64,000 nt of DNA from Promethearchaeota archaeon (lineage in GTDB: Archaea > Asgardarchaeota > Lokiarchaeia > Sigyniarchaeales > SOKP01): the NCBI GenBank assembly GCA_048937405.1, contig JBHLNF010000002.1, positions 64,001-128,000 on the forward strand, read 5' to 3'. The position numbers were made by a program, and so were the translations under genes. Below, piece after piece: positions 1-10,133 of the stretch. Numbering within the stretch: the first letter of the stretch is position 1; each line of letters opens with the position of its first letter. The notes below the pieces were generated by a model that saw only the letters and a program-made list of their open reading frames with translations, did not search any database and was not told the DNA's origin.

Positions 1-2
1 TA

Positions 3-1499
3 GGTGGTTATGTCTGTAACTTTACAACAAATATAACATTTGGTGAAGATAAACAAAAAAAGGAATTTCGGCATGGTATTATTATAGTTGCTACTGGAGC
101 CCATGAATATCAACCGAAGGAAGGTGAATTTCTTTTCGGTAAAGATGATAGAGTAGTTCTACAATCCGATCTAGAGAAAATATTATTTACTGATGAAGAA
201 AAAATCAAGAAATTAAATTCAATAGCAATGATACAGTGCGTAGGTTCAAGAAATGAGGAACATCCTTATTGTAGTAGAATGTGTTGTAGTGAGGCTATTA
301 AAAATGCCTTAAAAGCAAAAGAAATTAATCCAAATATTAATATTATGGTTCTTTATAGGGATATTAGAACATATGGATTTAAAGAAGAATATTACAATTT
401 AGCTAGAGAAAAAGGAATAATTTTTCTAAGATTTAAAGAAGAAAAACCTCCAGAAATTAAATTAGAAAATGGTAACTTAAGTCTTTATATAAAAAAATCT
501 GATATAGGGGATATCAAATTAGATGCTGATTTAGTTGCTCTAAGTGCAGGAATAGTTGCTGATGGCACAGCGAATGAAAATTTGGCAAAAATATTGAAAG
601 TCCCAACCAATGATGATAAATTTTTCTTAGAGGCTCATGTAAAACTACGTCCATCAGATTTTGCAACAGATGGTATATTTTTATGTGGTACTGCTCGGGG
701 AACAGCAACCATTAGGGAAAGCATAGCACAGGCAATGTCAGCAGCTTCCAGAGCTACTACAATTTTATCTAAAGATATTTTAATAACGGAAGGAGTTATT
801 TCCAAGGTTGATCCTGCTTTATGTATTGGTTGTAATAGATGTGCTGAAGTCTGTAACTATGGGGCTGTTGGTGTAAAATATGAAGAAGGGTTAATGATCT
901 CTGAGGTTAATCCTTTACTCTGTAAAGGTTGTGGAGATTGCGCTGCTGAATGCCCAGCTGAGGCTATAACAATGAGTCATTTTGGACGTATTCAAATTGA
1001 ACCAATGATAACTGAGGCTGCTAAGGTGTCAGATTCAGATGGAAGACCAAGAATAGTGGCATTTCTCTGTAATTGGTGTAGTTATGCAGGTGCAGATCTG
1101 GCAGGGGTAAGTCGATATCAATATCCCCCAAATGTAAGAACCATAAGGGTCATGTGTTCAGGTGGCATCCCAAAAAGTTTTATATTACAAGCCTTTTTAG
1201 AAGGTGCTGATGGTGTTTTTGTAGGAGGATGCCATCTTGGTGATTGTCATTATATTGCAGGAAATCAAGACACCTTAAGAAGAACAGAGGAAATTGAGAA
1301 CATTATTGAGTCGCTTGGGATTAACCCAGAAAGATTCCGACGAAAATGGGTTTCTGCGAGTGAAGGAAAAATATTTGCTGAAACAATCACAGAATTCACA
1401 GAAAAATTACAAAAATTAGGACCTATTGAAAATGATTATAAAAAAGAGAAAAGAGAAATAAGTAAGGAAGAAAATAAAGAAATAATTATAACAGAATAA
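3..1499 (+). CDS. hdrA: Heterodisulfide reductase subunit A-like protein (C-terminal part) fused to an MvhD hydrogenase delta domain; 5'-truncated by the window edge
   Basis: Frame is open from base 3 (GGYVCNF...HGIIIVATG), upstream of the 228 ORF start. HdrA motifs IQCVGSR..YCSRMCC, two 4Fe-4S CxxCxxCxxxC motifs, then MvhD motifs FLCNWCSYAGAD, IRVMCSG and GGCHLGDCHY. Confidence 0.92.
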   Translation, partial: GGYVCNFTTNITFGEDKQKKEFRHGIIIVATGAHEYQPKEGEFLFGKDDRVVLQSDLEKILFTDEEKIKKLNSIAMIQCVGSRNEEHPYCSRMCCSEAIKNALKAKEINPNINIMVLYRDIRTYGFKEEYYNLAREKGIIFLRFKEEKPPEIKLENGNLSLYIKKSDIGDIKLDADLVALSAGIVADGTANENLAKILKVPTNDDKFFLEAHVKLRPSDFATDGIFLCGTARGTATIRESIAQAMSAASRATTILSKDILITEGVISKVDPALCIGCNRCAEVCNYGAVGVKYEEGLMISEVNPLLCKGCGDCAAECPAEAITMSHFGRIQIEPMITEAAKVSDSDGRPRIVAFLCNWCSYAGADLAGVSRYQYPPNVRTIRVMCSGGIPKSFILQAFLEGADGVFVGGCHLGDCHYIAGNQDTLRRTEEIENIIESLGINPERFRRKWVSASEGKIFAETITEFTEKLQKLGPIENDYKKEKREISKEENKEIIITE

Positions 1500-1538
1500 G
1501 AAATCTATCAAGTTCAAAAAATTAGGAGATTTTTTAAT

Positions 1539-2237
1539 ATGATAATAACTAAACAAAAAGATATTGAAGAAATATATGAAATGATAAAACCATACTCAAA
1601 AATCCTTGTTGCTGGATGTGATGGTTGTTGTCAACCTCCACGATCAATTAATGAAGCAAAAGTGCTAGCTCAAATGCTCGAATTGAAAGCAAGGAGTGAA
1701 GGAAAAGAACTAAAATGGAAAGCTATCACTGTTTTACGACAGTGCGATGATAGAATTGCAGCAACAACAGTAAGACCATTTATTGAAGAATATGATGCAA
1801 TTGTATCATTAGCATGTGGTTTAGGGGTAGGAATGTTAAATAGAATTGTTCCTTCAATTCTCACTTTTCCAGCACAAAACAGTATGTTTGGTGGAGTAGA
1901 GAATAATGGTGAGAATTATTTTGCTGAATATTGTGAAACTTGTGGAGAATGTTTATTGGGAGTGACAGGTGGTATCTGCCCTATGGCTGGATGTGCTAAA
2001 AATTTGAGCAATGGTCCCTGTGGAGGACAAGTTGAAGGTAAATGTGAAGTAGGTGGCTATATACATGATTGTGCATGGGTAAAAATGTGGGAACGTCTTA
2101 AGAAATTTAATAGACTGGATTTATTTACAAATTATAGACCTCCAAGAAATTATAGGATATGGTCGAGTCCAAGATTCTTACATATTTATGAATCCAGTTC
2201 TAATATAGAAGAACAAAAGAAGGAGGAGAACGTATAA
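1539..2237 (+). CDS. metV: Methylenetetrahydrofolate reductase small subunit MetV (copy 1)
   Basis: GCDGC, RQCD, SLACGLG, CETCGEC..GGICPMAGCAKNLSNGPCGG..KCEV..DCAW Cys pattern; directly upstream of metF; AGGAG SD. Confidence 0.88.
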   Translation: MIITKQKDIEEIYEMIKPYSKILVAGCDGCCQPPRSINEAKVLAQMLELKARSEGKELKWKAITVLRQCDDRIAATTVRPFIEEYDAIVSLACGLGVGMLNRIVPSILTFPAQNSMFGGVENNGENYFAEYCETCGECLLGVTGGICPMAGCAKNLSNGPCGGQVEGKCEVGGYIHDCAWVKMWERLKKFNRLDLFTNYRPPRNYRIWSSPRFLHIYESSSNIEEQKKEENV

Positions 2238-2238
2238 A

Positions 2239-3177
2239 TTGCCAAAAAGACCTGCCTATAGTAATTTAGTAAAGGCGATTAGAGATGGAAAATTCGTCAT
2301 AACGGGTGAACTTGAGCCAGAAAAAGATTATGATATTGGTCATGTCTTGCATTCAGCAGAGGAAATGAAAAAAACTGGTAAAATTATTGCTGCTAATGTT
2401 ACAGATGGACCTCAAGGAGATGCCTATACTTGTTCCATGGTCCCTTGCTACTTAGTTCAAGAAAAAGTTGGGTTAGAAGCAATTTGGCAGATGACAGTAC
2501 GAGATAGAAATCGAATTGCATTATTTGGAGATATATTAGGTGGAACAATATTGGGTCTTAAAAATTTGCTTGCATTAACTGGAGATCATTCTGCTCTCGG
2601 AGATCATCAAAGAGCTAGACCAGTATATGATTTAGATTCTACACAATTAATTGAACTGGTTTCAAAAATGGTGGATGATGGAACTGATTTAGAAGGAAAT
2701 GAAATAAGAGGTGGAAAACCTCAGCTAAATGTGGGATGTGCCGCAAATCCTAATTCCAATCCAAGAGAACCAGAAATCTTAAAAGTTGGTAGAAAGGTAG
2801 GAGTTGGTGCCGATTTTATTCAAACCCAAACTTCATTTGATGTAGATGATGCTAAAGAGTTTTTAAAAGAATTAGAAAGATTTAACACCCCTGTTTTGCT
2901 TGGACTCTTTCCGATCAAAAATTATGGAATTGCCTGGTATTTTAATGAAAATATTCCTGGTGTATCAGTTCCTAAGGAATTTCTTAACGCTTTAAAGAAA
3001 GCAGAAAAAGATAATAAGGGAAACAAACAAGCCAAATATGATGCCATTGATAAAGTTAATTTAGAATTTTATGTACCATTTATTAAAGAAATTAAAAAAA
3101 CAACTAAAGCAGCGGGAATTCATTGCATGGCTGTGCATTATGAAAGATTATTCCAACCGCTCCTTAAAGACTTCTGA
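2239..3177 (+). CDS. metF: Methylenetetrahydrofolate reductase MetF (copy 1)
   Basis: TGELEP, ANVTD, QMTVRDRN, ALTGDH, GADFIQTQ and GIHCM motifs of the MTHFR FAD barrel; TTG start. Confidence 0.9.
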   Translation: MPKRPAYSNLVKAIRDGKFVITGELEPEKDYDIGHVLHSAEEMKKTGKIIAANVTDGPQGDAYTCSMVPCYLVQEKVGLEAIWQMTVRDRNRIALFGDILGGTILGLKNLLALTGDHSALGDHQRARPVYDLDSTQLIELVSKMVDDGTDLEGNEIRGGKPQLNVGCAANPNSNPREPEILKVGRKVGVGADFIQTQTSFDVDDAKEFLKELERFNTPVLLGLFPIKNYGIAWYFNENIPGVSVPKEFLNALKKAEKDNKGNKQAKYDAIDKVNLEFYVPFIKEIKKTTKAAGIHCMAVHYERLFQPLLKDF

Positions 3178-3272
3178 GAATTTGTGGATTAAATTAATGA
3201 TAAACATTATTTTGAAATTTTTAAATAAAAATTTTTTATATTTTTTATAAATAAGAGGAGAGATAATAGTTA

Positions 3273-3740
3273 ATGAAGAATCTTGATGATAAGGATAAAA
3301 GAATTCTTGAAATGCTTCTTGAGGATTCTAGAAGACCGTATCATGATATAGCAAAAGATCCTAAGGTAAATTTGTCTGAATCAACTGTAAGAAAACGAGT
3401 AATTAAGCTTCAGGAAGAAGGAGTGATTGAAAAGTTTACGATAAAAATCTGTCGAGAAGATGAAAGATGCATAATTGCATTCCTTACTCTTATTCCGAAA
3501 AGTTTAGCAGAAACAAAGGAATTATTAAGAGAGGCCCAAGTTCTTCCTCAATGTGAAGAAGTGTATTTCCTTGCAGGGGAATGTGGTGTTTTAGTAAAAG
3601 TTAATGTTCCTGAAATAGTTGAATTAGATGCTTTAATAGAATCATTTCGTGGTCGAGCAGATGTTAGAAGTGTTGAGAGAGTCTGCGTTGTTTTAAGGCC
3701 AATAAAAACAATTAATCAATCTGAAGGCCAAGTTTTCTAA
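3273..3740 (+). CDS. Lrp/AsnC family transcriptional regulator
   Basis: LDDKDKRILEML..DSRRPY..IA..LSESTVRKRV..L.EEGVI HTH plus C-terminal RAM domain. Confidence 0.9.
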   Translation: MKNLDDKDKRILEMLLEDSRRPYHDIAKDPKVNLSESTVRKRVIKLQEEGVIEKFTIKICREDERCIIAFLTLIPKSLAETKELLREAQVLPQCEEVYFLAGECGVLVKVNVPEIVELDALIESFRGRADVRSVERVCVVLRPIKTINQSEGQVF

Positions 3741-3773
3741 TCTAAAGAGTTTATTTAATAATATATTTATCTA

Positions 3774-4367
3774 TCAATTTGCTATCGTAACTAATTTATG
3801 TTTATAATACTTTCTTAGGACTAACCTTAGAATATCTTCAAAGCAACCTAGAACGCCTTCTCCACTAATTGCTATCGTATATCGAGAATCCACGTTTTTA
3901 TATTCATAAAATTTTATTTCATTCAAAAATTCTGTAGGATTGAATTTCTTTGGTAAATCTTGTTTATTAAAAGCAATTATAACAGGAATTTCTTTAAGAG
4001 ATTCACGAAAATAAGAGAGAAGTTCTTTCCAAGATTCCAAATTTCGTTCATAAACCTCTTTTTGAGAATCTAAGACAAAAATTATTCCATCGACCGCTCG
4101 TAGAGTAACTGCCCTCGTAACAAAATAGAAATCTTGACCTGTCGTAGTATAAATATGAAGTTTTAATCTCCAATCCTGATTTTGAAATGTAACTGTTCCA
4201 TAGTCAAAAAACAAAGTTCGGTTTACTGTACTTTCAATACTATGAAGCGCCTCACCTTTACCAAAATGCGAGAATAATGCCTTAATCGAAGTAGTTTTTC
4301 CAGAGAAAGCAGGTCCAAAGTACACTATTTTTATACTGATTGTTTTGTCACAGTGATCTATAATCAT
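3774..4367 (-). CDS. mglA: MglA-family small Ras-like GTPase
   Basis: KIVYFGPAFSGKTT (G1), NRTLFFD (MglA G2 with intrinsic Arg), HIYTTTGQ (MglA-type G3), VDGIIFVLDSQ, NKQD (G4). Confidence 0.85.
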   Translation of the reverse strand: MIIDHCDKTISIKIVYFGPAFSGKTTSIKALFSHFGKGEALHSIESTVNRTLFFDYGTVTFQNQDWRLKLHIYTTTGQDFYFVTRAVTLRAVDGIIFVLDSQKEVYERNLESWKELLSYFRESLKEIPVIIAFNKQDLPKKFNPTEFLNEIKFYEYKNVDSRYTIAISGEGVLGCFEDILRLVLRKYYKHKLVTIAN

Positions 4368-4530
4368 GAAAATAAATCTAAAAATAAGTTTTTAAAAACC
4401 TATTTTTTACTGAAACTGAGAAATATAGATGAAGATTAATATTTTTAATAATATTCTTAAATTAATTATATAAAAGCCCTAAATCTTTAGATCACAATAT
4501 TACAAAAAATTTATTAAATTAAATAGACTT

Positions 4531-4725
4531 ATGTATGGAAAAATCGCAGCAATTTTAACAAATATATGTTTTGCTCTTTCATTTGTCTTAGCGAGAAAGA
4601 TAGATGATGAAGCTACACCAATTTTTCAAAATGCAATAAGATCAGCAGTAGGGCACCTAACTTTTTTTATAATTTGTTTATTTTTTGGTGTTATATTAAT
4701 TCTCTTAGAATTAAAAACTCTGTAA
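4531..4725 (+). pseudogene. Probable N-terminal remnant of an EamA/DMT transporter
   Basis: GKIAAIL..ICFALSFVLARK...PIFQNAIR pattern matches the first two helices of EamA; ends after 64 aa with no evident continuation. Confidence 0.55.
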
Positions 4726-4985
4726 AAGCATTTAAATTAATGCTGAAAAGACTAAAATCTAAAAAATCTTAAATAAATCCAAAGAATTATTCTCGAAATA
4801 TGGATTAAAGTGAGTCTGTTCATCTTTATAGTATTTCTTATTAAAATTTATAGATTCGTCTTTTGTTTATATTTGTACTTTCGCAACATAAACCAATAAA
4901 ATGTTATTAATTTAAATTGAATTTCTTTTTTAATTAATTCGTTAAGGTTCTTCCCAATTGACAAAGATTTAGGGGATTAAATTAT

Positions 4986-5312
4986 ATGATAATTTTAGGA
5001 ATATTTTTATTTATACTTCAAATTTTAGATATTTTTACAACGAATATAGGAATTAAATTAGGGTGTGAGGAAGTTAATCCAGTATTAAGAAAGTCGGTTA
5101 AAAGGGGTGTTCCTGTAAAATTTATAATTCTTAAATTATCATTATCATTATTTCTTAGTTTTCTTTTACTTTTCGGAAATATTGTATTGAATTGGCTCTT
5201 AGTGGGACTGAATATATTTTGCTTTATAGTTGTTCTTAGTAATATAATAAATATCCAGATACAAAAACGATGGAATATTAAATGTGAAATAAAGCACAAG
5301 AATAGTAAATAA
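4986..5312 (+). CDS. Small membrane protein, DUF5658-like
   Basis: LDIFTT.IGI..G.EEVNP motif, LK in helix 2, C-terminal VV.SN; hydrophobic. Confidence 0.65.
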   Translation: MIILGIFLFILQILDIFTTNIGIKLGCEEVNPVLRKSVKRGVPVKFIILKLSLSLFLSFLLLFGNIVLNWLLVGLNIFCFIVVLSNIINIQIQKRWNIKCEIKHKNSK

Positions 5313-5735
5313 ATCTCGCATTCTAGTAATATTTATGAAGACATTAATTCAATGCAAAAATACCCCAGATAAAATTTTACTAATTTATTGAAATATTCTT
5401 TTTTGGCACGACTCTTGTCTTTGGTAACATTATAGTATTTACTTATTAATTCAATAAGAATTTTTGAAAAATTCCTAAGGAGATGCACTTATAGTATAAA
5501 CAAGTCAATAATTTTTCTCATCAAAGCCTATTATTTATATTTTCTTCCAAATATCTTATATACGTGTCCCAAGTCAATTAGAAATGGTAACCTTTTATTC
5601 TAATCCTTTAATCTTTATTAAAATTTTACATTTTTTTTAATAAGAACATTTAGGCTAAAGATTTTTGTAATGGTTAAACTTATAAATAATAAAAATAGTT
5701 TAACTTATTAACTATTTAACTAGGACTCTATTGAA

Positions 5736-5765
5736 TTGAATAGAAGTTCATTGAATAGAAATTCA
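5736..5765. promoter_or_regulatory. Tandem pair of TGAA-N6-TTCA palindromes (candidate operator)
   Basis: ttgaatagaagttca directly followed by ttgaatagaaattca, about 50 bp upstream of the 5814 start. Confidence 0.45.
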
Positions 5766-5813
5766 TTGATTTTGAAATAAGAAATTTATAATTAATGATT
5801 AAAGGTTAAAAAA

Positions 5814-6863
5814 ATGGTAATACAAACTGAAATAACTCAAATGCTAGATATTAAGCATCCTATTGTTGCAGCACCTATGGGACCTTTTTATACTACAAAA
5901 TTAACAGTGGCAGTTTCGGAGGCAGGTGGTTTAGGTGTATTAAGTCACATCAATTTGGATAATACAGTCTCTACAACAGAAGTAAAAGAAAGTATGAAGT
6001 ATGTAGTTGAGCACACGGATAAACCATTTGGCTTAAATATAAGAACAGCAACACTGCAACCCGATGCAATAAAATTATGTCGACAAGTTCCAAAGTTTAT
6101 AATGAATAATCCAAGGATAAAAGAACAATGTAATTATATCATTACTAGCGCAGGTTCACCAAAAATGTTATTTAACAAATACTATGAAACCTTAAAAAAT
6201 AGTACTAATCTAAAACATTTTCATGTTGTTCCATCTTTGGATCTAGCCAAAAAAGTAATAAAGGATGGAGTTGACGGTATTGTCGCTACTGGACATGAAG
6301 GTGGAGGACATAAATCATATGATAATACAAGTACTCTAGTATTACTACAACAAATTAGAAAAGAGTTACCACAGGTACCTTTAATTGCTAGTGGAGGCTA
6401 TGCCACAGGTGAAGGATTAGCTTCTGCTTTAGCTATGGGTGCTGGAGCAATTTCAATGGGAACTAGACTGATTGCTTCAAATGAGTGTGAATTCCATGAC
6501 AATTATAAAAATTTAGTTAAAAATTCTTCCATAGCTGATACTAAATTAGTAACAGGGGTTTTTGGTCCCGCTAGAGTATGGAGAAATAAATATGCAGAGA
6601 GCCATACAGCAGTTTCAAATAAAGAGGAAAAACGTGCCGAAGAAACATCAATAGATATCGTAGTACAAGGAGTAAAAAAATTAGAAAAAGCTTATAGAGG
6701 AAATGTTGATGATGGAATTGTACTCTTAGGACAGAGTTGCGGACTAGTAAATAATATTGAAAGTGTCTCAAACATTATTAATACAATTGTAGATGATGCT
6801 GAGGAATGTTTAAAAAATGCCTATAACCTAGTAAAAATTGAGAAAGAGATTTTAAATGTTTGA
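5814..6863 (+). CDS. Nitronate monooxygenase / FabK-like FMN oxidoreductase
   Basis: HPIVAAPM, AVSEAGGLG, GHEGGGH, PLIASGG..G.GLASALAMGA.AISMGTR motifs. Confidence 0.9.
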   Translation: MVIQTEITQMLDIKHPIVAAPMGPFYTTKLTVAVSEAGGLGVLSHINLDNTVSTTEVKESMKYVVEHTDKPFGLNIRTATLQPDAIKLCRQVPKFIMNNPRIKEQCNYIITSAGSPKMLFNKYYETLKNSTNLKHFHVVPSLDLAKKVIKDGVDGIVATGHEGGGHKSYDNTSTLVLLQQIRKELPQVPLIASGGYATGEGLASALAMGAGAISMGTRLIASNECEFHDNYKNLVKNSSIADTKLVTGVFGPARVWRNKYAESHTAVSNKEEKRAEETSIDIVVQGVKKLEKAYRGNVDDGIVLLGQSCGLVNNIESVSNIINTIVDDAEECLKNAYNLVKIEKEILNV

Positions 6864-7182
6864 TACAGAAAATCCATCTTACTCTCATACTTCTGATATT
6901 GCTGAATTGAATAATCAGTTGTTGTTTGATTATGGAAGTTCTATTAAGCATTGCTTTAATATCGAAAAAAGATCAAACTTTTCTTTTAATTTTTTTAAAT
7001 GATTTAATCATCCTAAATTTGATAAAACCAGCAATACATTCTTAAATGATTTTGAAACTTTATTTTGATATTTTTTTCAATCTTTAACTTAATTTCAGAA
7101 ATTTAATTTATTAGAATTTTTAAATAATAAACCTTGAATAATATCAAAATTAAAAAATTAATAGGACTATACTAAAAATAAG

Positions 7183-8529
7183 TTGATAAAAATGGGAAAG
7201 ATTTTAGATCTTGCTGAGGATCTATGGGTTGGGAAAAAAGACACTTATTCTTATCATCCCTTTGGAGTACCTCGTGGTCTTGAACTCATAAATGAATATA
7301 ATTCGCAACGAACATGGTTTTACCGAGGCTTTTCTAATTCCATAGTAAGAGAGACTAGTGAAGGATTAGTGATTATTGACCCTGGAGCAATTTTTGATGT
7401 TTACTCCAAATTTAAAGCTATACGAGAAGTAACACCCCTACAAGTAAATACCGTAATATATACACATGGGCATGTTGATCATGTTGGAATGAAACCTTAC
7501 CTTGAGGAATGTGAAAATAACAATTGGTCGAAACCTCAAGTTATTGGTCACGAGGCAGTTAGTCATCGTTTCGACCGATATAAGTTAACCGCTTCATGGA
7601 ATGGTTTTATTAATTCAAGACAATTTAGAGGTTCCAATGGTACACCTGCTACACCTACTTATAATATAGATTTTTACTATCCAAATGTTACTTATAATGA
7701 AAAATTAGAAATTCAAATTGGAGATGTGAAAGTCCAATTAAAACACTCAAGAGGAGAAACTGATGATCACACATGGGTGTATTTTCCCGATTCAAAGATA
7801 TTATGCACAGGAGATCTATTCATTTGGGCAATACCGAATGGTGGTAATCCTCAAAAAGTTCAACGCTATGCTCATGAATGGGCTTTAGCATTAAACGAAA
7901 TGAAAGAATATAAACCTGAAATATTATGTCCTGGACACGGAGTTCCAATCGTTGGACAAGAAAGAATTAATGAAGCTTTAGATAACACTGCATTATTGTT
8001 GGAATCACTTCACAATCAAACAATATCCCTTATGAATAAGGGTATATCATTAGATACTATTATTCATACAATAAAAATTCCTGAAGAATTACTTAAAAAA
8101 CCCTATCTTCAACCGGTTTATGATGAACCTGAATTTATTGTAAGAAATATATGGAGATTATTTGGAGGTTGGCATGACGGTACTCCATCTCATTTAAAAC
8201 CTGCTCCTGAAATTGATCAAGCAAAAGAGATTGCAAATCTTGCAGGAGGAGCAAAAAAACTGGCTGAGAGGGCGTTAGAACTTATGAATGCTGGCAAATT
8301 AAGGCTAGCATGTCATATAGCTGAATGGGCTTGGTTAAACTCACCCAATGATAAACATATCAGTGAAATTGCTTCGAAAGTATTTATCACCCGAGCTAAG
8401 TTGGAAAATTCAACTATGGCAGTTGGTATCTATTTAGCAGCAGCTAGAAAAATGGGTGGTAACCCCGAAAAAGAAATGCCTGGGAATACTGTTATGCAAT
8501 CTCAAGAATTAAGAACTAAGAAAAAATAA
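7183..8529 (+). CDS. Alkyl sulfatase (SdsA1/BDS1-like) metallo-beta-lactamase fold protein; likely start ATG 7192
   Basis: THGHVDH, GETDDH, GDLF..PN.GNP, PGHG motifs and C-terminal dimerisation region (RNIWRLFGGW.DG.P..L.P). Confidence 0.85.
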   Translation: MIKMGKILDLAEDLWVGKKDTYSYHPFGVPRGLELINEYNSQRTWFYRGFSNSIVRETSEGLVIIDPGAIFDVYSKFKAIREVTPLQVNTVIYTHGHVDHVGMKPYLEECENNNWSKPQVIGHEAVSHRFDRYKLTASWNGFINSRQFRGSNGTPATPTYNIDFYYPNVTYNEKLEIQIGDVKVQLKHSRGETDDHTWVYFPDSKILCTGDLFIWAIPNGGNPQKVQRYAHEWALALNEMKEYKPEILCPGHGVPIVGQERINEALDNTALLLESLHNQTISLMNKGISLDTIIHTIKIPEELLKKPYLQPVYDEPEFIVRNIWRLFGGWHDGTPSHLKPAPEIDQAKEIANLAGGAKKLAERALELMNAGKLRLACHIAEWAWLNSPNDKHISEIASKVFITRAKLENSTMAVGIYLAAARKMGGNPEKEMPGNTVMQSQELRTKKK

Positions 8530-8775
8530 TTTTAAGAAACTTAGAAATTAGCATGAAATTTTAACAATTCCTCTCACCTACTTTTTTCTTTCCTTGTAAT
8601 ATTTTTAAACTTATTTTTGTTTAGAATCTATTATAGAAAATAGTTTAAAAAAGAATTTAGGTATAAACTAAAAATATTATTAATTTACAAAATTTCTTTT
8701 CTCATCTGTGAACTATTTAAAAAATACATAAGATTTTTTACATGGTTTAAAAACATCTTAAATTTTGTTAGACCC

Positions 8776-9936
8776 ATGATTGAAGAATCCCGAATTAAAG
8801 AAAATCTTAAAAAGTTTGCTTTTCCTCGATTATCTGGAACTGAATTTGAATTTAAAGCATTTAACATGCTAAAAGAGGAAGTAGAAAAGTTAAATCTAGA
8901 ATATGAAATCCAACCATTTACATTTAGTTCTTTTTACTCGAGGATATATCCTAAAATAGCATTTTTATCTGTTACTTTAATTTTTCCTTTATTATATTTA
9001 GAAATTTTGATAGCTATATCTATAATTCCAATACTTATATTACTAATTTTATTGGTTACATCCATATTGTTAACGAGAAATCCTGAAAAAATTCAATTTT
9101 TTTTCAGATTAAGTTCACAGAACCTCCTTGTAAAGATTAAGTCCATTTCAAACGATATTAGGAATAAAGATAGAATTGCTTTGTTCATAAGTCATATAGA
9201 TTCTAAGAGTCAAAGATTTGGAGTCAAAAAACGTATAAGACTAATTAAGCTTTGGATCTCCTCATCAATTACTCTAGTGTTTATCATTATCCTCAAAAAC
9301 TTGATTTTCGTTGAATTTAAAATAATCTTTTATATTATCGGGGTGGTTCCTTTAATAACTAATATATTGTCCTCGATAATAACACTTCTTAACACTACAG
9401 ATAACAAATCTAATGGAGCAATTGATAACGCGTCAGGGATTACCTGCAACTTAGAAATAATTAACTATTACAATATTCCTGAAAATAGATTACAAAATTA
9501 TAATATGTGGTTTCTATTTACTGGCGCTGAGGAATGTGGAACAATGGGTATTAGATTTTTTTATAATAATCTGAAAAATTTTAATCCTAATAAATCAATA
9601 ATTTATGATTTTGAATCCATAGCTAATTATGTATTTCTATGGCCGGGGAAAAATGAAGGGGAGCATGCTAAAAGTATTGATCTACTACTTTTAAATAATG
9701 AAAGAAATCTTCAAATTAATCATTTCCCTTCAAAAAGGGTTCTAGGTACACATTCAGATGGAGGCTTTTTAGGAGATAGGGGTTTTCAAGGATTTGGTAT
9801 TGGAGGTGTGGAATGGTATACTTATATACATACTCCTAATGATACAATCGATAAAATTGACACAAAAATTTTAAAGGACTTATGTCTGGTTCTTACTGAT
9901 GCAATGAAAGAGCACGATTCCAAATTCATTATATAA
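8776..9936 (+). CDS. Membrane-embedded M28 family peptidase
   Basis: SHIDS, GAIDNASG, GAEECG, HSD and HT..DT motifs with inserted TM hairpins. Confidence 0.85.
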   Translation: MIEESRIKENLKKFAFPRLSGTEFEFKAFNMLKEEVEKLNLEYEIQPFTFSSFYSRIYPKIAFLSVTLIFPLLYLEILIAISIIPILILLILLVTSILLTRNPEKIQFFFRLSSQNLLVKIKSISNDIRNKDRIALFISHIDSKSQRFGVKKRIRLIKLWISSSITLVFIIILKNLIFVEFKIIFYIIGVVPLITNILSSIITLLNTTDNKSNGAIDNASGITCNLEIINYYNIPENRLQNYNMWFLFTGAEECGTMGIRFFYNNLKNFNPNKSIIYDFESIANYVFLWPGKNEGEHAKSIDLLLLNNERNLQINHFPSKRVLGTHSDGGFLGDRGFQGFGIGGVEWYTYIHTPNDTIDKIDTKILKDLCLVLTDAMKEHDSKFII

Positions 9937-10133
9937 ATTATAAATAAAACTCGTTTAAAAAGAATTTTTATCACTTGCGTTTTGCTTCAAATGAGAACAT
10001 ATTTTTCATCATTTCTGTCTAAAAAGTCTAAGATAATTTTAAGAAATATTCTTGTTTTAATATGTTCATCATAACGGCTTTTAGATATTTGCCAATCTAA
10101 AATTTAACTTATTAAAAGAAAGATGTAAAAAAT

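Noticed and set aside
3-3195. Selenocysteine recoding in hdrA/mvhD or at the metF TGA (3175-3177)
   Set aside because: The visible HdrA/MvhD frame has no in-frame TGA and Cys occupies the motif sites. The metF TGA is at the expected C-terminus compared with its paralog, and readthrough would add only a few residues.
6856-6998. 47-codon ORF overlapping the end of the NMO gene (MFDTENPSY...)
   Set aside because: No recognisable motif, and it runs into a T-rich terminator-like tract; cannot be supported.
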